Part shown: positions 28,565 through 40,300 of the stretch, one piece after another
How positions within the stretch are numbered: position 1 is the first letter of the stretch
Layout of the letters: each line of letters opens with the position of its first letter
Assembly: GCA_963921275.4 (NCBI GenBank)
Contig: OZ001293.3
Span: 672,001-736,000, forward strand
Length of the DNA stretch: 64,000 nt
Direction of reading: 5' to 3'
Source of the DNA: an uncultured Hormoscilla sp.
GTDB taxonomy: Bacteria; Cyanobacteriota; Cyanobacteriia; Cyanobacteriales; Desertifilaceae
Position numbers and translations under genes: made by a program
The notes under the pieces: generated by a model
The model's input: the letters and a program-made list of their open reading frames with translations, nothing else
What the model was told of the DNA's origin: nothing
Databases searched by the model: none

Positions 28565-28920
28565 ATGTCAGCAAAAGATATCTTTCACGACAACGCGCGA
28601 ACTGCTTTAGAAAAAGATGGATAGATAATTACTAAGGATCCTCTGTTTTTAAATCTGACTAAACAATTTAAAATTAATATATCTGGGAGGACAAAAGTTA
28701 CTTTCTGCTGAGAAAGACACCCGCAAGATAGCAGTGGAAATAAAAAGTTTTGTTGGCAAATCGGCGGTTTCAGAATTCCATATGACTGTCGGTCAATTTC
28801 TTAATTATCCTTTAGCATTAGAACAATTGGAATCCGAACGAGTGCTTTATCTGGCTGTACGACATTTATCAAGATTTTTTTACAGATTCCTTTGTGCAAG
28901 CTGTGCTGCAACACCCGTTA
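28565..28920 (+). pseudogene. xisH: XisH family protein
   Basis: MSAKDIFHD..ALEKDG*IITKDPL; IAVEIKSF..GQFLNY..LYLAV. Confidence 0.85.
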
Positions 28921-28984
28921 TTAATAGACCTCCCTCGTGAATTAGTGCTTGATAAGCTGTATTGATACCAAAATTGCAGTAGTA

Positions 28985-29473
28985 CTATTCTTGAATGACA
29001 GTACTTTTATAAATACTATACGCAAACGAGTTAGGGTTTAAGTTGATTCGCATGGTTTTTCCCACCATAGAACATGGCAAAGCCGAAATGAACAACCTCG
29101 ATCCATATGGATTATATTCTGCATGTTCAGCATCCTGAAATCCCAGAACATTTCGGGCATATTCAATCACTACATGCTGACAACCACCGCATGTCCCTAT
29201 AAACGGCCAGTCATTTTCTCTAGCAAACTGAATTGCGTTGAGTGCCCCTTTTAGACTTTGATAAGGGCTTCCTGGAGCACACCATAGAACATTAAATTGC
29301 TTCAGATATTTTTCGACAACATTTTGTTCTAATAAAGCTGTTGATAGCCATTGGATCTCGATTTTTATACCGAGATATCTTGAAGCATGATTGAGGGCAT
29401 CGTTAGTCGCTTTATGAGGTATAAAACTTTCATTATAATCATCAATTATTCCAATTTTAAAAATTAGGTTCAT
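28985..29473 (-). pseudogene. CTP-synthase-like glutamine amidotransferase, C-terminally truncated
   Basis: PGSPY, PFIGTCGGCQH..IEYARNVLG; catalytic HPE region absent. Confidence 0.75.
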
Positions 29474-29861
29474 GTTTACCTATCCTGCACTCAGTTAATT
29501 TTCGTTAAATTAATATATAAAATTCAAGATGCTATAACAAACAGCATTAGGATATTCCTCATGAGGAAAATCACCACAATTAGGGATAGCTACAAGTTGA
29601 GATTCTCGAATAGACTTTTTGAATAGATGTCCTGTAGATAAAGGAACTAATGGATCGTTTTCTCCCCAAATTAGAAGCGTAGGAGCCTTAAGAAGCCAGC
29701 TTGCCTACAACCGGCGCTCTATTCAGTGTAGCCCCAGTCTTTAGGCTGGGGGGCTGATGCTGTGGTAACCGCACTTTACCTATAGTAGACGCCAAAAAAT
29801 CATTTGTCAACCCTTTTTTGGTTTGGGAGCAAAAATTTTTCGCTACTTGCTTCAAACGCTT

Positions 29862-29974
29862 GGCGTTGCACATTTTGGGGATGATGCCCTTTTTTGCACA
29901 TAACTGAAACTGGCTTGTAGTCTAGGTTTAAGACTTCTGCAACTATGCCCATCATCCCGTAATTGTGCAACGCA
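29862..29974. mobile_element. MITE
   Basis: TIRs GCGTTGCACA..GGGATGATG; 8-bp TSD AAACGCTT; related degenerate copy at 25167-25275. Confidence 0.75.
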
Positions 29975-30325
29975 AAACGCTTATCTAGTAAGGGTTTAAT
30001 GGCATCAGTTCCTCATTCCCTCGTCTTCCCAACCCAACTGCGATCGTCCAGATTCTGCCGGTGATAACAATGGTATACAGCCCAGATATCTCATATTTAA
30101 AGAATCCCGATCGCGCCCGCTCGCCTCAACGTTCGCATACAACCGGTGCTCTATTCAGTTTTCCTGGTAGTCTGATGCTGGGGCGATCGCTCTTTGATCG
30201 ATTATAAATCCCGAAAAATTATTTGTCAAGCTTGCGAACATCTCAGCAATCTAGCCCGCGCAGGCGGGCTTTGTTCGTGTAGGGGGGGCTTAATTTCTTC
30301 ATTTAAGCATCCATCCGCTTCATAT

Positions 30326-30880
30326 TTACATCCCCAACAATCGCCTAATTTCCACTTGCAGATCGGGAAAGGCCAAGGGATTAACATAACCTTGTCTCAA
30401 AGTTTCTCTTGACTGATAGCCAAGCTGAGTAGGTTCTCGAAATACAATCAATTGTAAGGCGCGCACATTAATCAGCCAATATTCTCTAATCCCTGCTACC
30501 GAGTAAACCTGGCTTTTTACCTCCCGATCTTTACTCAGGCTAGAATCAGAGTATTCTATTACCCATAAAATATTTTCCGCATAGGGATGATGTTCTCGAT
30601 ATTCTCGTCCCAGACGCTGCACCACTGCAATATCTGGTTCCGGTTCCGAGTTACTATTAAGTAGTGTAATGGGCTTGCCTTGCCGGACTTTAGCCCGATC
30701 GCCCAATAAATACATCATATACTCTGCCGCCTCATCGCTGGCATAAGCATGGGGTTCTCCCTCTGGGGGCATTTCTACAATTTCTCCCTGTAACAACTCT
30801 ACCTGCCGTCCTGCTAAAATCCCCGCTGCCACCATGCTATGGTAGTCAGCAATTGTCCATTTCGCGGTTGTTAGCATCAC
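30326..30880 (-). CDS. Uma2 family endonuclease
   Basis: VELLQGEIVEM, SEPEPDIAVV, IEYSDSSLSKDREVK..YSVAGIREYW. Confidence 0.9.
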   Translation of the reverse strand: MMLTTAKWTIADYHSMVAAGILAGRQVELLQGEIVEMPPEGEPHAYASDEAAEYMMYLLGDRAKVRQGKPITLLNSNSEPEPDIAVVQRLGREYREHHPYAENILWVIEYSDSSLSKDREVKSQVYSVAGIREYWLINVRALQLIVFREPTQLGYQSRETLRQGYVNPLAFPDLQVEIRRLLGM

Positions 30881-31273
30881 TGGCGTTTCCTCGAATCCTA
30901 TCTTTTATCATAACTAATAGCCAGCACCATTGTCAAGGTAATTCACAAAAATATCTTTCGATGTCTTCGGGATGCTTCGCAAAAACCCCGAAGACATCGC
31001 TGACACATATGGGATCGCATCTGGTCGGCGCACAAATCTTAAACATTACTGGTTCCCACTGGCGACCCTTGGGAACGCAAACCAGAGGCTCTGCCTCCAG
31101 GAGCGAAAGCTGTAATCAACTGGAGGCAGAGCCTCGAAAATTAGCGTAGCGTGTTCCCAGCCAGAGACTGGGAACTTCGATATCTCTGCCAGAGTTCTTG
31201 TTCCAGGGGACTCGGCACACAGGAGACATCGAGGTAACCTACAGATGGTTTGAACTGCCGAATGATTACAAAC

Positions 31274-32857
31274 CTAATCGCCAATGATAGGCGATCGCAT
31301 GAACAAAGTCGAAGTATCCTGGAAAGCCACAGAAGTATTTGGCATCAGAGTCGGGACCGAGTTTCGCAACCGGGCCGTCAACTGCACCGTTGTAGCATCG
31401 TACAGCTGGGTAACCATTTTAGGATACAAACCAATCCCAATAATTGGCACCAACAAACAAGCAATAATGAATACTTCACGCGGTTCAGCATCTATCAGCG
31501 CTTCATGTTCAACTAACTCCTTGTTTTCCGGTCCGTAGCAGATCTCCCGGATCATAGATAGCAAGTAGATCGGAGTCAAGATCACGCCTACAGCGGCCAG
31601 GAAGACCACCACCACCTTAAAGGTTGAACTGTAGGCATCGCTAGTAGAAAAGCCGAGAAACACCATGACCTCGGCCACAAACCCACTCATTCCCGGCAAT
31701 GCCAAAGATGCCATAGAACAAGCAGTCCACATAGCGAAAACCTTGCGCATCTTCTGGCCGACGCCCCCCATTTCATCTAACATCAGAGTATGCGTGCGAT
31801 CGTAAGTAGAACCCACTAGGAAGAACAAACTCGCCCCAATCAAACCGTGGGAAATCATTTGCATCACCGCACCGCTTAACCCTAGGTCAGTAAAAGAGGC
31901 AATGCCAATCAAAACAAAACCCATGTGGGAAATCGAAGAATAGGCAATTTTCCGCTTCAGGTTACGCTGGGCAAAGGAAGTCAGGGCAGCATAAACAATA
32001 TTAACCACCCCCAGAATTACCAAGGCCGGGGCGAAGAAAGCATGGGCATCGGGCAGCATACCAGCGTTCATCCGAATTAGGGCATATCCCCCCATTTTCA
32101 GCAGAATCCCAGCAAGTAACATATGCACTGGGGCAGTAGCTTCCCCGTGGGCATCGGGAAGCCAAGTATGGAAGGGAATAATCGGCAACTTGACAGCGTA
32201 GGCAATGAAGAACCCAGCATATAACAATAGTTGGAAATTCAGCGCGTATTCCTTAGCCGCGATCGCCCTCATATCAAAGGTAACAGTATCGCCATAGAAA
32301 GCCATTGCCAAAGCAGCCAGCAAAATAAACAGAGACGCCCCAGCAGTGTAGAGAATAAACTTAGTAGCCGCATACAGACGCTTTTTGCCTCCCCAAATTG
32401 CCAGCAGCATATAGACCGGAAGCAACTCCAGTTCCCAGGCCAGGAAGAACAACAGCATATCCTGGATAGCAAACACAGCGATTTGACCGCCGTACATAGC
32501 CAGCATCAAAAAGTAAAACAGCTTGGGCTTCATAGTCACTGGCCAGGATGCCAACATTGCCAGAGTAGTAATAAAGCCAGTCAGGATCACAAGGGGCATA
32601 GATAAGCCATCAACCCCCACAGACCAATTCAAATCTATCTGAGGCACCCAAGCATATTGTTCTACCAATTGCAAATCGGGATTATTCAAATCATACCCAG
32701 TGCAGAAGGCGTAAATAATGAAAGCAAAATCAATTAGCCCCACAGTTAGACCGTACCAGCGCACAGTCTTGCCGTCCTTATCTGGTATCAATGGTATCGG
32801 CAGCGAAGCGGCAATAGGAAACAGAATTATTGTTGTTAGCCAGGGAAAATTTGCCAT
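31274..32857 (-). CDS. ndhD1: NAD(P)H-quinone oxidoreductase subunit 4 (NdhD1)
   Basis: [28 protein letters not shown]; downstream of ndhF1. Confidence 0.96.
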   Translation of the reverse strand: MANFPWLTTIILFPIAASLPIPLIPDKDGKTVRWYGLTVGLIDFAFIIYAFCTGYDLNNPDLQLVEQYAWVPQIDLNWSVGVDGLSMPLVILTGFITTLAMLASWPVTMKPKLFYFLMLAMYGGQIAVFAIQDMLLFFLAWELELLPVYMLLAIWGGKKRLYAATKFILYTAGASLFILLAALAMAFYGDTVTFDMRAIAAKEYALNFQLLLYAGFFIAYAVKLPIIPFHTWLPDAHGEATAPVHMLLAGILLKMGGYALIRMNAGMLPDAHAFFAPALVILGVVNIVYAALTSFAQRNLKRKIAYSSISHMGFVLIGIASFTDLGLSGAVMQMISHGLIGASLFFLVGSTYDRTHTLMLDEMGGVGQKMRKVFAMWTACSMASLALPGMSGFVAEVMVFLGFSTSDAYSSTFKVVVVFLAAVGVILTPIYLLSMIREICYGPENKELVEHEALIDAEPREVFIIACLLVPIIGIGLYPKMVTQLYDATTVQLTARLRNSVPTLMPNTSVAFQDTSTLFMRSPIIGD

Positions 32858-32980
32858 TGTTAATTGCTAATTGCTAATTGTTCATGGTTCACTTGTAGGG
32901 TGAAATATCACTGACATTCGATGTAGGGTGGGCAGTGCTCACCTTCCCGCTAGATGTAGTGGGCACTGCCCACCTGACTG

Positions 32981-35119
32981 CTAGCTAATTCCTGAGACAA
33001 TTACTAAGCCTAGCACCGCCCCAAACACAATCAGGGCATAGAATTGGGCCCGACCATTCTCGAAATATTTCAGACCTTCGCCAGTGATAACTGCAATAAA
33101 ACCAGTCAGGTTGACTGCCCCATCCACGATCCGAAAGTCCACTTCCATCACCTGTCTGGCTAAGCGTCTAGACCCCTGAACGAAGAGGGCATCGTAGATA
33201 TCGTCAAAGTACCACTTGTTCAGAGATAGCTGATACAAAGACTGGATTGAATGGGCGATCGCCCCTGCATCAAGCTTCCGAGTCAGATACATCAGGGAAG
33301 CGACAGTAATGCCAATCAAGGCAATACCCACAGAAGATCCACCCATAAGCAGAAACTCAGACCATTCAAATTCAGCAGCAACTTCATGCAGTTCTGTCGC
33401 CACCTCACCTGGGGGATAAATAAATTCCTCAAAGAAGTTAGCAAAAGGCGTTCCCACCAAGCCAACCAACACCGAAGGAATTGCCAGAGTCATCAGTGGC
33501 AGAGTCATGCTCAGAGGCGACTCGTGAGGATGTTCCGCATGATGATGACGATCGCGATCGCGATCGTCATCATGTCCGTCGGGACTTTCCTGATGGACTT
33601 TCGGCATCCCCCGGGTAGCGCGTCCCCCTCTGGCCGCAACTTCTAGTTCTTTAACATCCATCGCCCCCGGACCAAAAACCGGTTCTACCATCTCCACCCC
33701 AGCAGCTAGCTGAAGTTGCTCTCTAATGGACAAATCATTGCCCCGGAATTCCCCTAAAAAGGTAGAGAAATACATCCGGAACATATAGAATGCAGTAATG
33801 CCAGCAGTCAGCCAGCCAACTACCCAGAGGGCGGGATTAGCTGTAAAAGCGCTACCGAGAATTTCATCTTTTGACCAAAAGCCAGCAAAGGGCGGAATCC
33901 CGCAAATTGCCAGAGTGCCTACCAAAAAGGTCAAGCCCGTAACTGGCATATACTTCTGTAGTCCTCCCATCAGCCGCATGTCCTGTGCCAGCACTGGCTC
34001 GTGACCGACCACCTCTTCCATGCCGTGAATCACTGAACCAGAACAGAGGAACAGCATCGCTTTGAAGTAAGCGTGAGTCATCAGGTGAAATAGACCAGCA
34101 CCATAGGCACCGATGCCCATTGCCATCACCATGTAACCCAGCTGGGAGATCGTCGAGTAAGCCAGACCTTTTTTAATGTCGTTTTGGGTAATGGCGATCG
34201 AGGCCCCCAAAAACGCCGTAAAAGCACCCGTCCAAGCAATCACCGTCATTGCCGTCGGGATCTGATCGAACACCGGGTACATCTGGGCAATCAGGAAGAC
34301 ACCAGCTGCCACCATTGTGGCCGCGTGGATCAAGGCCGAGATCGGGGTAGGACCTTCCATCGCGTCTGGCAGCCAGACATGCAGAGGGAATTGAGCCGAC
34401 TTCGCTACTGGCCCTAAAAAGACTAAAACTGCGAATAACGCGGCCAGTCCACCACTGATATAACCATCGGAGACCAACTCAGACAGTTTTGTCCCCATCA
34501 CCTCGAACTCAAAGCTGCCAGTAGCCCAGTAAAGTCCTAGCATACCCAGCAGCAGACCGAAGTCACCGACCCGGTTAACCACAAAAGCTTTCTGGCAAGC
34601 ATCAGCAGCTAGCTTGCGATCGTACCAGAACCCGATCAGCAGGTAGGAACACATACCTACCAGTTCCCAGAATATATATACCTGCACCAGGTTAGGACTG
34701 ACCACCAGACCCAACATCGAAGAACTAAACAGGCTCAGATATGCATAGAAGCGGACATAACCAGGGTCGTGAGCCATGTAGCCATCAGTGTAGATCATCA
34801 CCAGAAAGGCCACCGTGGTCACAATCACCAGCATCAGGGAAGTTAGCTGGTCGATCGTATAGCCCATCTGCAGGTGAAAATCACCCGCCTTTGCCCATTC
34901 TAGAGAGAAGGTATAGGCTGAATGTCCCTGAATTTGACTCCAAAGCAGAGCAAATGATAAAGCCATCGATGCGCCCAAGAGGGAAACCACAAAGATGGCG
35001 TTCAGCTGCCGCAGCTTGTTAGTCTCATGGTTTAAGGATATTAGGCCCAAGCCGACCAGCATCGCACCTGCCAAGGGCAGGACTGGTATCAACCAGGCAT
35101 ATTGATAGAGCAGTTCCAT
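32981..35119 (-). CDS. ndhF1: NAD(P)H-quinone oxidoreductase subunit 5 (NdhF1)
   Basis: KSAQFPLHVWLPDAMEGPTP, GFWSKDEIL. Confidence 0.96.
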   Translation of the reverse strand: MELLYQYAWLIPVLPLAGAMLVGLGLISLNHETNKLRQLNAIFVVSLLGASMALSFALLWSQIQGHSAYTFSLEWAKAGDFHLQMGYTIDQLTSLMLVIVTTVAFLVMIYTDGYMAHDPGYVRFYAYLSLFSSSMLGLVVSPNLVQVYIFWELVGMCSYLLIGFWYDRKLAADACQKAFVVNRVGDFGLLLGMLGLYWATGSFEFEVMGTKLSELVSDGYISGGLAALFAVLVFLGPVAKSAQFPLHVWLPDAMEGPTPISALIHAATMVAAGVFLIAQMYPVFDQIPTAMTVIAWTGAFTAFLGASIAITQNDIKKGLAYSTISQLGYMVMAMGIGAYGAGLFHLMTHAYFKAMLFLCSGSVIHGMEEVVGHEPVLAQDMRLMGGLQKYMPVTGLTFLVGTLAICGIPPFAGFWSKDEILGSAFTANPALWVVGWLTAGITAFYMFRMYFSTFLGEFRGNDLSIREQLQLAAGVEMVEPVFGPGAMDVKELEVAARGGRATRGMPKVHQESPDGHDDDRDRDRHHHAEHPHESPLSMTLPLMTLAIPSVLVGLVGTPFANFFEEFIYPPGEVATELHEVAAEFEWSEFLLMGGSSVGIALIGITVASLMYLTRKLDAGAIAHSIQSLYQLSLNKWYFDDIYDALFVQGSRRLARQVMEVDFRIVDGAVNLTGFIAVITGEGLKYFENGRAQFYALIVFGAVLGLVIVSGIS

Positions 35120-35351
35120 CGCTAACGCCTACTTTATATTTCTTCACTATTTTTGCCAAATCGTTAACAATTGTGACACATGGATCCGGGTGTAAGTCTA
35201 AAGCTCATGTTAAAATCCCCCATCTGCATCCGGTCAGATGGGGGATTGCCGCTGTGTCCCCCGAGAGCGCTACTCGTACTACTCGGGGGACACAGACCGG
35301 TGGTTATTGGTCGGGATTAAATCATGGCCGCTCGCCTGCGGCGTCAGCCAT

Positions 35352-35726
35352 TCATTCTGAGATTTCTGCGGCTGCCACCAGTGAGATGGATGCCGTTGAT
35401 GTCTGGCCTATAGCGAAGGCCTCCAGTTGCTGGCACAGATCGTCAGCACTGTGAAACCCTTCGATCCGATACCGGACTTGGCCACCTTCAAATAGGAGCA
35501 AAGTTGGTAATGTCCTGAGTCGATAGGCATTGGCGAGTTTCAAACTCCGATCGGCATTGAGTCCAACCATTTTCATGGATGCACCCCATTGAGCCTGAAA
35601 CTTCTTCAGGGCTGGGGGGATCAGCCGACAAATACCACACCAAGGGGCCCAAAAATACAATAAAACCGGGGTGGAAGCTTCTAAAACTTCTGAAGAAAAC
35701 GTCCCTTCACTGACCGACAATATCAT
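35352..35726 (-). CDS. trxC: Cyanobacterial atypical thioredoxin (TrxC type)
   Basis: WAPWCGICR; conserved position upstream of ndhF1. Confidence 0.8.
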   Translation of the reverse strand: MILSVSEGTFSSEVLEASTPVLLYFWAPWCGICRLIPPALKKFQAQWGASMKMVGLNADRSLKLANAYRLRTLPTLLLFEGGQVRYRIEGFHSADDLCQQLEAFAIGQTSTASISLVAAAEISE

Positions 35727-35879
35727 GATCGTACAAGTTTGTTATCTTTTTTTCGTATCCTATTGGGATCATGCTACATCTATGTGGGATCGTTTGACTC
35801 ACTGAATTGCAAAATTAAGAAATTGACTGCTTCTGCATGGGCAACTGTCAAAAATTATGTCTATACCCTTGATAAATAA

Positions 35880-36608
35880 TCAATATATGGTATACCAAAA
35901 ACCAAGGCGCGACGTAGCGATGATTAACCAGGGATGCGCCCACCACAGCAGTCCGATAAAAGCAATGATGCCAAAATAGGCGGGGCGGATAAACTCTTGC
36001 CATTCCAGGGTTTGACGCCCCTGGGCGATCGCCAGAAAAGGGATGATAGAGGTGCTAGCTTTGACGGTTTCAAAGACTTGACCATAGCGGTCTGCGAGAC
36101 GGCGATCGCCATGCCAAACCCCAAATATATGATGTAGCACCAAACCGATTGACGTTACCATCGTAAAGGTAGTACCAATCCAAAGGGTATGGGCGATACA
36201 CCAAATCACCTGTCCGACCATTTGGGGATGACGGGTGACGCGAATGATGCCAGTAGAGTACAGATGAACTTGAGGCTTTTGCAGGGCAGCAATTTCCAGC
36301 AGATTAAAAGTAGCTGGGTAAAGAAAAAAGAAGGATAAGGCAGATAGCACCCATACCAGGGGTCTCACGCCTGCTACATCCTGCACCTGCCAGAGTTGCC
36401 AGCCATCATAGCGATGGTTAAAGAAGTAAACGATCAACACCACCGCCAGAGGCAGGCTGACTAGGGCAAACAGGACGCGATAGAGTCGGACGCCCATCAG
36501 TTTTTCTCCCCTTGGGCGACCCGCAGCTAGTCCGCTGTGGGCAACAGCAAAACCCAGCAGCAGTCCGATCATAATCAAATGGCTGTTCATTAACCAATCG
36601 TAAGACAT
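35880..36608 (-). CDS. NnrU family / 15-cis-zeta-carotene isomerase (Z-ISO)
   Basis: AHSGLA, FNLLEIAA, GIIRVTRHPQMVGQ, WHGDRRL; ATG at 36608. Confidence 0.88.
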   Translation of the reverse strand: MSYDWLMNSHLIMIGLLLGFAVAHSGLAAGRPRGEKLMGVRLYRVLFALVSLPLAVVLIVYFFNHRYDGWQLWQVQDVAGVRPLVWVLSALSFFFLYPATFNLLEIAALQKPQVHLYSTGIIRVTRHPQMVGQVIWCIAHTLWIGTTFTMVTSIGLVLHHIFGVWHGDRRLADRYGQVFETVKASTSIIPFLAIAQGRQTLEWQEFIRPAYFGIIAFIGLLWWAHPWLIIATSRLGFWYTIY

Positions 36609-36721
36609 AAACAGTAAGATTGTGAGAAACCGGATTATGAAGGCATTTTCCCACGATACTTGGAAGTTATAGCGACAGAAACCCGGTTTCTTGACCGATG
36701 TAAAACATAAACCCCGAAAAA

Positions 36722-38593
36722 CTAAAATAGTAAGTCTAGATCTAATTGTCTGAGATCCAGAGTCCAGAGACATCCCTGTGTACCCTCAAATGTAGCAATC
36801 ATCAGACCCGAAGTATGGAAAGAGGCGATCGCACTTATCTGTTTTGGTCCATCAATCTTCCCCACCACCGTTCCCTGCCGATCCAACAAGATAATTTTCC
36901 CCAGCATATCAGCAACCACATAACCCCAGGATGTGGCCGCCAGGAACTCTGGCTGAGGTAACTCCACATTTATCTGTCGGATGCGAAAAGGCTTGAAGTC
37001 GATTAACAGCAGGGATGTCTGGTTATTTGCCTGGGTAGCCAGCAGTCGATAGGGCACCCCACCAGCGATCGCCCGCTCCAGTAGCACTGGCAGCATCCAG
37101 GTGCCCACCTTAGTGCCCCGCCGGGTAAAAACCGACAGCTGCGTCCCTGTCTTATCAGGAGCTAACGCCGCCACATGACGTGAATCAAGCGCCAATAGCT
37201 GAGATGCTGCCGATTGCAGTTCAACAGTGATTGATTTGGGATGAATCGTCAAGGTTTCACCGCCAGTCAGGTGAGAACCGATCGCCCAATCACGCAAATC
37301 GAAAAGCTGCAATTGCTTGTCAGAAGTAGCAGCTGCTATCCAACGTCCGGCTGTTTCGACATCTGCCACAAAGTCACCGTCTTCTTTGGCTATCAATCCG
37401 ATCGAAACAACTGAGTACTCATTTGTCTCAGAGCGCAGGAAATAAATTGATCGATCGGTTACAATAAAACATCCTTGTTGAGAGCCGATCAATTTTTGCA
37501 CCGACTCACTCAGTTGCACCCGAGACAGCTGAAATGTTTCACCCCTATTTATTCCATCTGGATAAATCTGACATTCTACAACCGCTCCTGCGGCCCAATA
37601 TACCTTATCTAGAGATTTAATATTTAAGGGATCTTTACCAGAGGATGTTTCCTGTGAAGATATCACTGCTAGCGCAGCTACAGGTGCTCCAACCTGCTTA
37701 GTCCAAATAGCCCGGTCTCCTATCGGGACATTAGGTCTTACACCCCACCCGTCGATGAAAGAATAAGTTGATTTGTCCGACTCCTTCATCCTCAGAACTG
37801 CTACTTGAATTGTCTGTAACATCTCCGCTGCCGTATGATATCGGCGTGCTCGCAGCTTTTCTAAAGCCTTACTAATCACCTGTTGCAAATGGGAAGGCAC
37901 CTGGTTGGGAATCTCCACCTGCTGGTTAATATGAGCTGACATCAGCTGGGCAGGTGACCCGGAAAAAGGCCGATCGCCCACCAGCAATTCAAACAGCATA
38001 ATCCCCACAGCATAAATATCCGAGCCAATATTATACTGGCCGTAAAACCGTTCGGGAGCCATGTAAGCTGGAGAACCCGTATTATCCGATTTTTCCGGAA
38101 CGGTGGAATCCATCATTTCCTGAGTTAAGCGGGCAATGCCAAAATCAGAAATCCGGGCGATCGGGCCCCCTGGCCTTAAACTGAGCAAAATATTATCTGG
38201 CTTGATATCACAATGAACAATGCCACGGCTATGGGCATAGTGCAAACCCGCCAGCACCTCTGTAATCAGCCTTAAATTCTGCTCCCAAGACAAAGGCGAA
38301 TCGGACTCCATCAAAGTCCGCAGAGTCCCGCCCTCGCAATAATCCATCACCAAGTAGCGACCCGTGCTAGTATGCTCGATCGCCCTAAAGGTGACGATAT
38401 TAGGATGCTGTAAGCTCAACAGAAAGCGCAACTCCCGCAGAAACTTATTGGTGGGGAACCTATACCGGTCTAAATCTTTCAGAGCTACGATCTGACCCGT
38501 TTTGCGATGACAACCGCAGAATACCCGACCATATTGCCCTTGTCCCACCAGTCCCAATATCCTGTACTTGGATATTTGTGATTTTCTGTTCAT
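36722..38593 (-). CDS. Ser/Thr protein kinase (SpkG/Slr0152-like) with beta-rich C-terminal domain
   Basis: GQGQYG, VALK, HCDIKPDN, DFG, APE. Confidence 0.92.
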   Translation of the reverse strand: MNRKSQISKYRILGLVGQGQYGRVFCGCHRKTGQIVALKDLDRYRFPTNKFLRELRFLLSLQHPNIVTFRAIEHTSTGRYLVMDYCEGGTLRTLMESDSPLSWEQNLRLITEVLAGLHYAHSRGIVHCDIKPDNILLSLRPGGPIARISDFGIARLTQEMMDSTVPEKSDNTGSPAYMAPERFYGQYNIGSDIYAVGIMLFELLVGDRPFSGSPAQLMSAHINQQVEIPNQVPSHLQQVISKALEKLRARRYHTAAEMLQTIQVAVLRMKESDKSTYSFIDGWGVRPNVPIGDRAIWTKQVGAPVAALAVISSQETSSGKDPLNIKSLDKVYWAAGAVVECQIYPDGINRGETFQLSRVQLSESVQKLIGSQQGCFIVTDRSIYFLRSETNEYSVVSIGLIAKEDGDFVADVETAGRWIAAATSDKQLQLFDLRDWAIGSHLTGGETLTIHPKSITVELQSAASQLLALDSRHVAALAPDKTGTQLSVFTRRGTKVGTWMLPVLLERAIAGGVPYRLLATQANNQTSLLLIDFKPFRIRQINVELPQPEFLAATSWGYVVADMLGKIILLDRQGTVVGKIDGPKQISAIASFHTSGLMIATFEGTQGCLWTLDLRQLDLDLLF

Positions 38594-38677
38594 TGTTCAT
38601 TGCTAATTGCTAATTGAGCATTGAGAATTGCCCCATTAGGGCAGGTTTGGGGGCAAGTTGGGGGCAGGTTGGGACCA

Positions 38678-39337
38678 TTAGCCATTTACTAGCTTTTGCA
38701 TTATTTCGGCATGTTCTATCTTTTTTTCCACCATTTCTGAAACTGGCTGCAACCTTTCTTCTAACCCCAATACAAAGTGATTGCCCTCTGCTCCCAAGGA
38801 TTCGCAGCTTGTTTGGATGCACTCTAGTTCTTTGCCCGTCAGCTGGCTAAAGAAGGAACTTAAGACTCCTGCCTCCATAAAACAGACTGGGCGATCGCCT
38901 TTGGGACCATGAGCTGCCAAGGGAGAATTCACTATTTTTACCATCAAAAATTCTTGCCGATACTCTGAATTATCCAAATATATTTTACCCCAACCGTGGG
39001 TTTTCCAGCATTGTTGCAGACATTGTACAAACTCTACCATTGCCATCTCTGCCAGGGTATTTTTGTAGTAGTCGCTCAGTTCTTCACAGAAGCGAGCGTA
39101 GAAGTTTTTCCCCCACCAACGACCACAATTGTACAATACCAGACGGGATGCCTGACCTGTTTCTTTGTCCAATCCCGAATATATTGCTTGCAGTAGGGTT
39201 TCTGGCATTGCTATTAGGCGATCGCCCCGGCGATTTTCCAGCAATCCCAGTTCCATATCGCTGCGCACATATACATCTATCGCAAAGTAATTACCCGGTA
39301 TTCTATTATCTATGAGTAGATCTGCTACGGAAATCAT
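38678..39337 (-). CDS. V4R domain protein (Slr0144-like)
   Basis: GLLENRRGDRL, CGRWWG, HGWG, EAGVLSSFFS..CIQTSCESLG. Confidence 0.85.
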   Translation of the reverse strand: MISVADLLIDNRIPGNYFAIDVYVRSDMELGLLENRRGDRLIAMPETLLQAIYSGLDKETGQASRLVLYNCGRWWGKNFYARFCEELSDYYKNTLAEMAMVEFVQCLQQCWKTHGWGKIYLDNSEYRQEFLMVKIVNSPLAAHGPKGDRPVCFMEAGVLSSFFSQLTGKELECIQTSCESLGAEGNHFVLGLEERLQPVSEMVEKKIEHAEIMQKLVNG

Positions 39338-39497
39338 TTGTCCCTATTCCTTTGTCTCCTGGTCGCTTTTCTCCTGTGTCTCCTGGTCGCTCGATGTCCC
39401 CCCTCCAGGGGACGCGCGCACTACCCCCGAGACATCGTAATCGCACTAGCCAGGAGACACAGCCTGTTCCTCTACTTTCCTTGCCTAATCCTGGCAG

Positions 39498-39959
39498 CTA
39501 TTGCTTTATAAATGTTTCTTTCGCTATCGTTAATGACGGTTTTAGTAAACTGAGCTGTTCTTTACTCACGACTTTACTCAATTGCTGCCATAGTAGTCTA
39601 TACAGTTTTGTTTCGATTTGTGAAGTATTGTAAGTCTCCACAATTCCATCTAGCCAACCCTGCAATCTCTCCTTAACAAATGACTCATCATTCAGCAGCA
39701 TCGCCATCCCACAATAGCGCAGCATCAGCATAGCATTTTTCAGGCTCCGTTCTAAATCGGTCGTTTTTGCCTGAGGCAGTTGCGCTTCCAACTGGGACGC
39801 TACTGCTTGAATAATCTCTAGCTCTTTGTCTCGCAGTTGCTGATATGTTTCCAGGCGAGATGGTAATGATTCTACATACTGGCTAATTATTTTCAGTTCT
39901 TCTGGTTTTAGATAACGACTTTCTGCTTCCTTAAAAATTGCTTCGAGTTTTGGATGCAT
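39498..39959 (-). CDS. Phycobiliprotein-like globin-fold protein (Slr0145-like)
   Basis: EAESRYLKPEEL..LRYCGMAMLLND. Confidence 0.75.
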   Translation of the reverse strand: MHPKLEAIFKEAESRYLKPEELKIISQYVESLPSRLETYQQLRDKELEIIQAVASQLEAQLPQAKTTDLERSLKNAMLMLRYCGMAMLLNDESFVKERLQGWLDGIVETYNTSQIETKLYRLLWQQLSKVVSKEQLSLLKPSLTIAKETFIKQ

Positions 39960-39976
39960 AAACCTTTACATTCGTT

Positions 39977-40300
39977 TTAGAACAGACTGGAGAAATCATC
40001 CAGGGTAAATTCATTGGATCCCTCCTGTGCTGCTGGCTTGCTGGTGTCTGGCACTGGTGCTGCCACTTTATTTCCTTCCCAGGCGAAGCAGCTAAAAAAC
40101 TGAGTCACACTCAGCATCTGCGACAGCGGTTCCTTACTTCCTTGCCACACGGCTTCGCCTGCCTGCTTGATCTGCTGTACCTCTAGGGGCTGTAGATCCC
40201 AGTTGATCGCTGTAAAAAACTCTCCCACCGACCTTTGCAGCCATTCTTGACCTATTCCTGCTATTTTCCCATTTTGCTCCGATCTTGTCAACTGATTCAT
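39977..40300 (-). CDS. Hypothetical protein (Slr0146-like)
   Basis: SVGEFF..INW / SVTQFF..FAWEG repeats, FTLDDFSSLF end. Confidence 0.65.
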   Translation of the reverse strand: MNQLTRSEQNGKIAGIGQEWLQRSVGEFFTAINWDLQPLEVQQIKQAGEAVWQGSKEPLSQMLSVTQFFSCFAWEGNKVAAPVPDTSKPAAQEGSNEFTLDDFSSLF

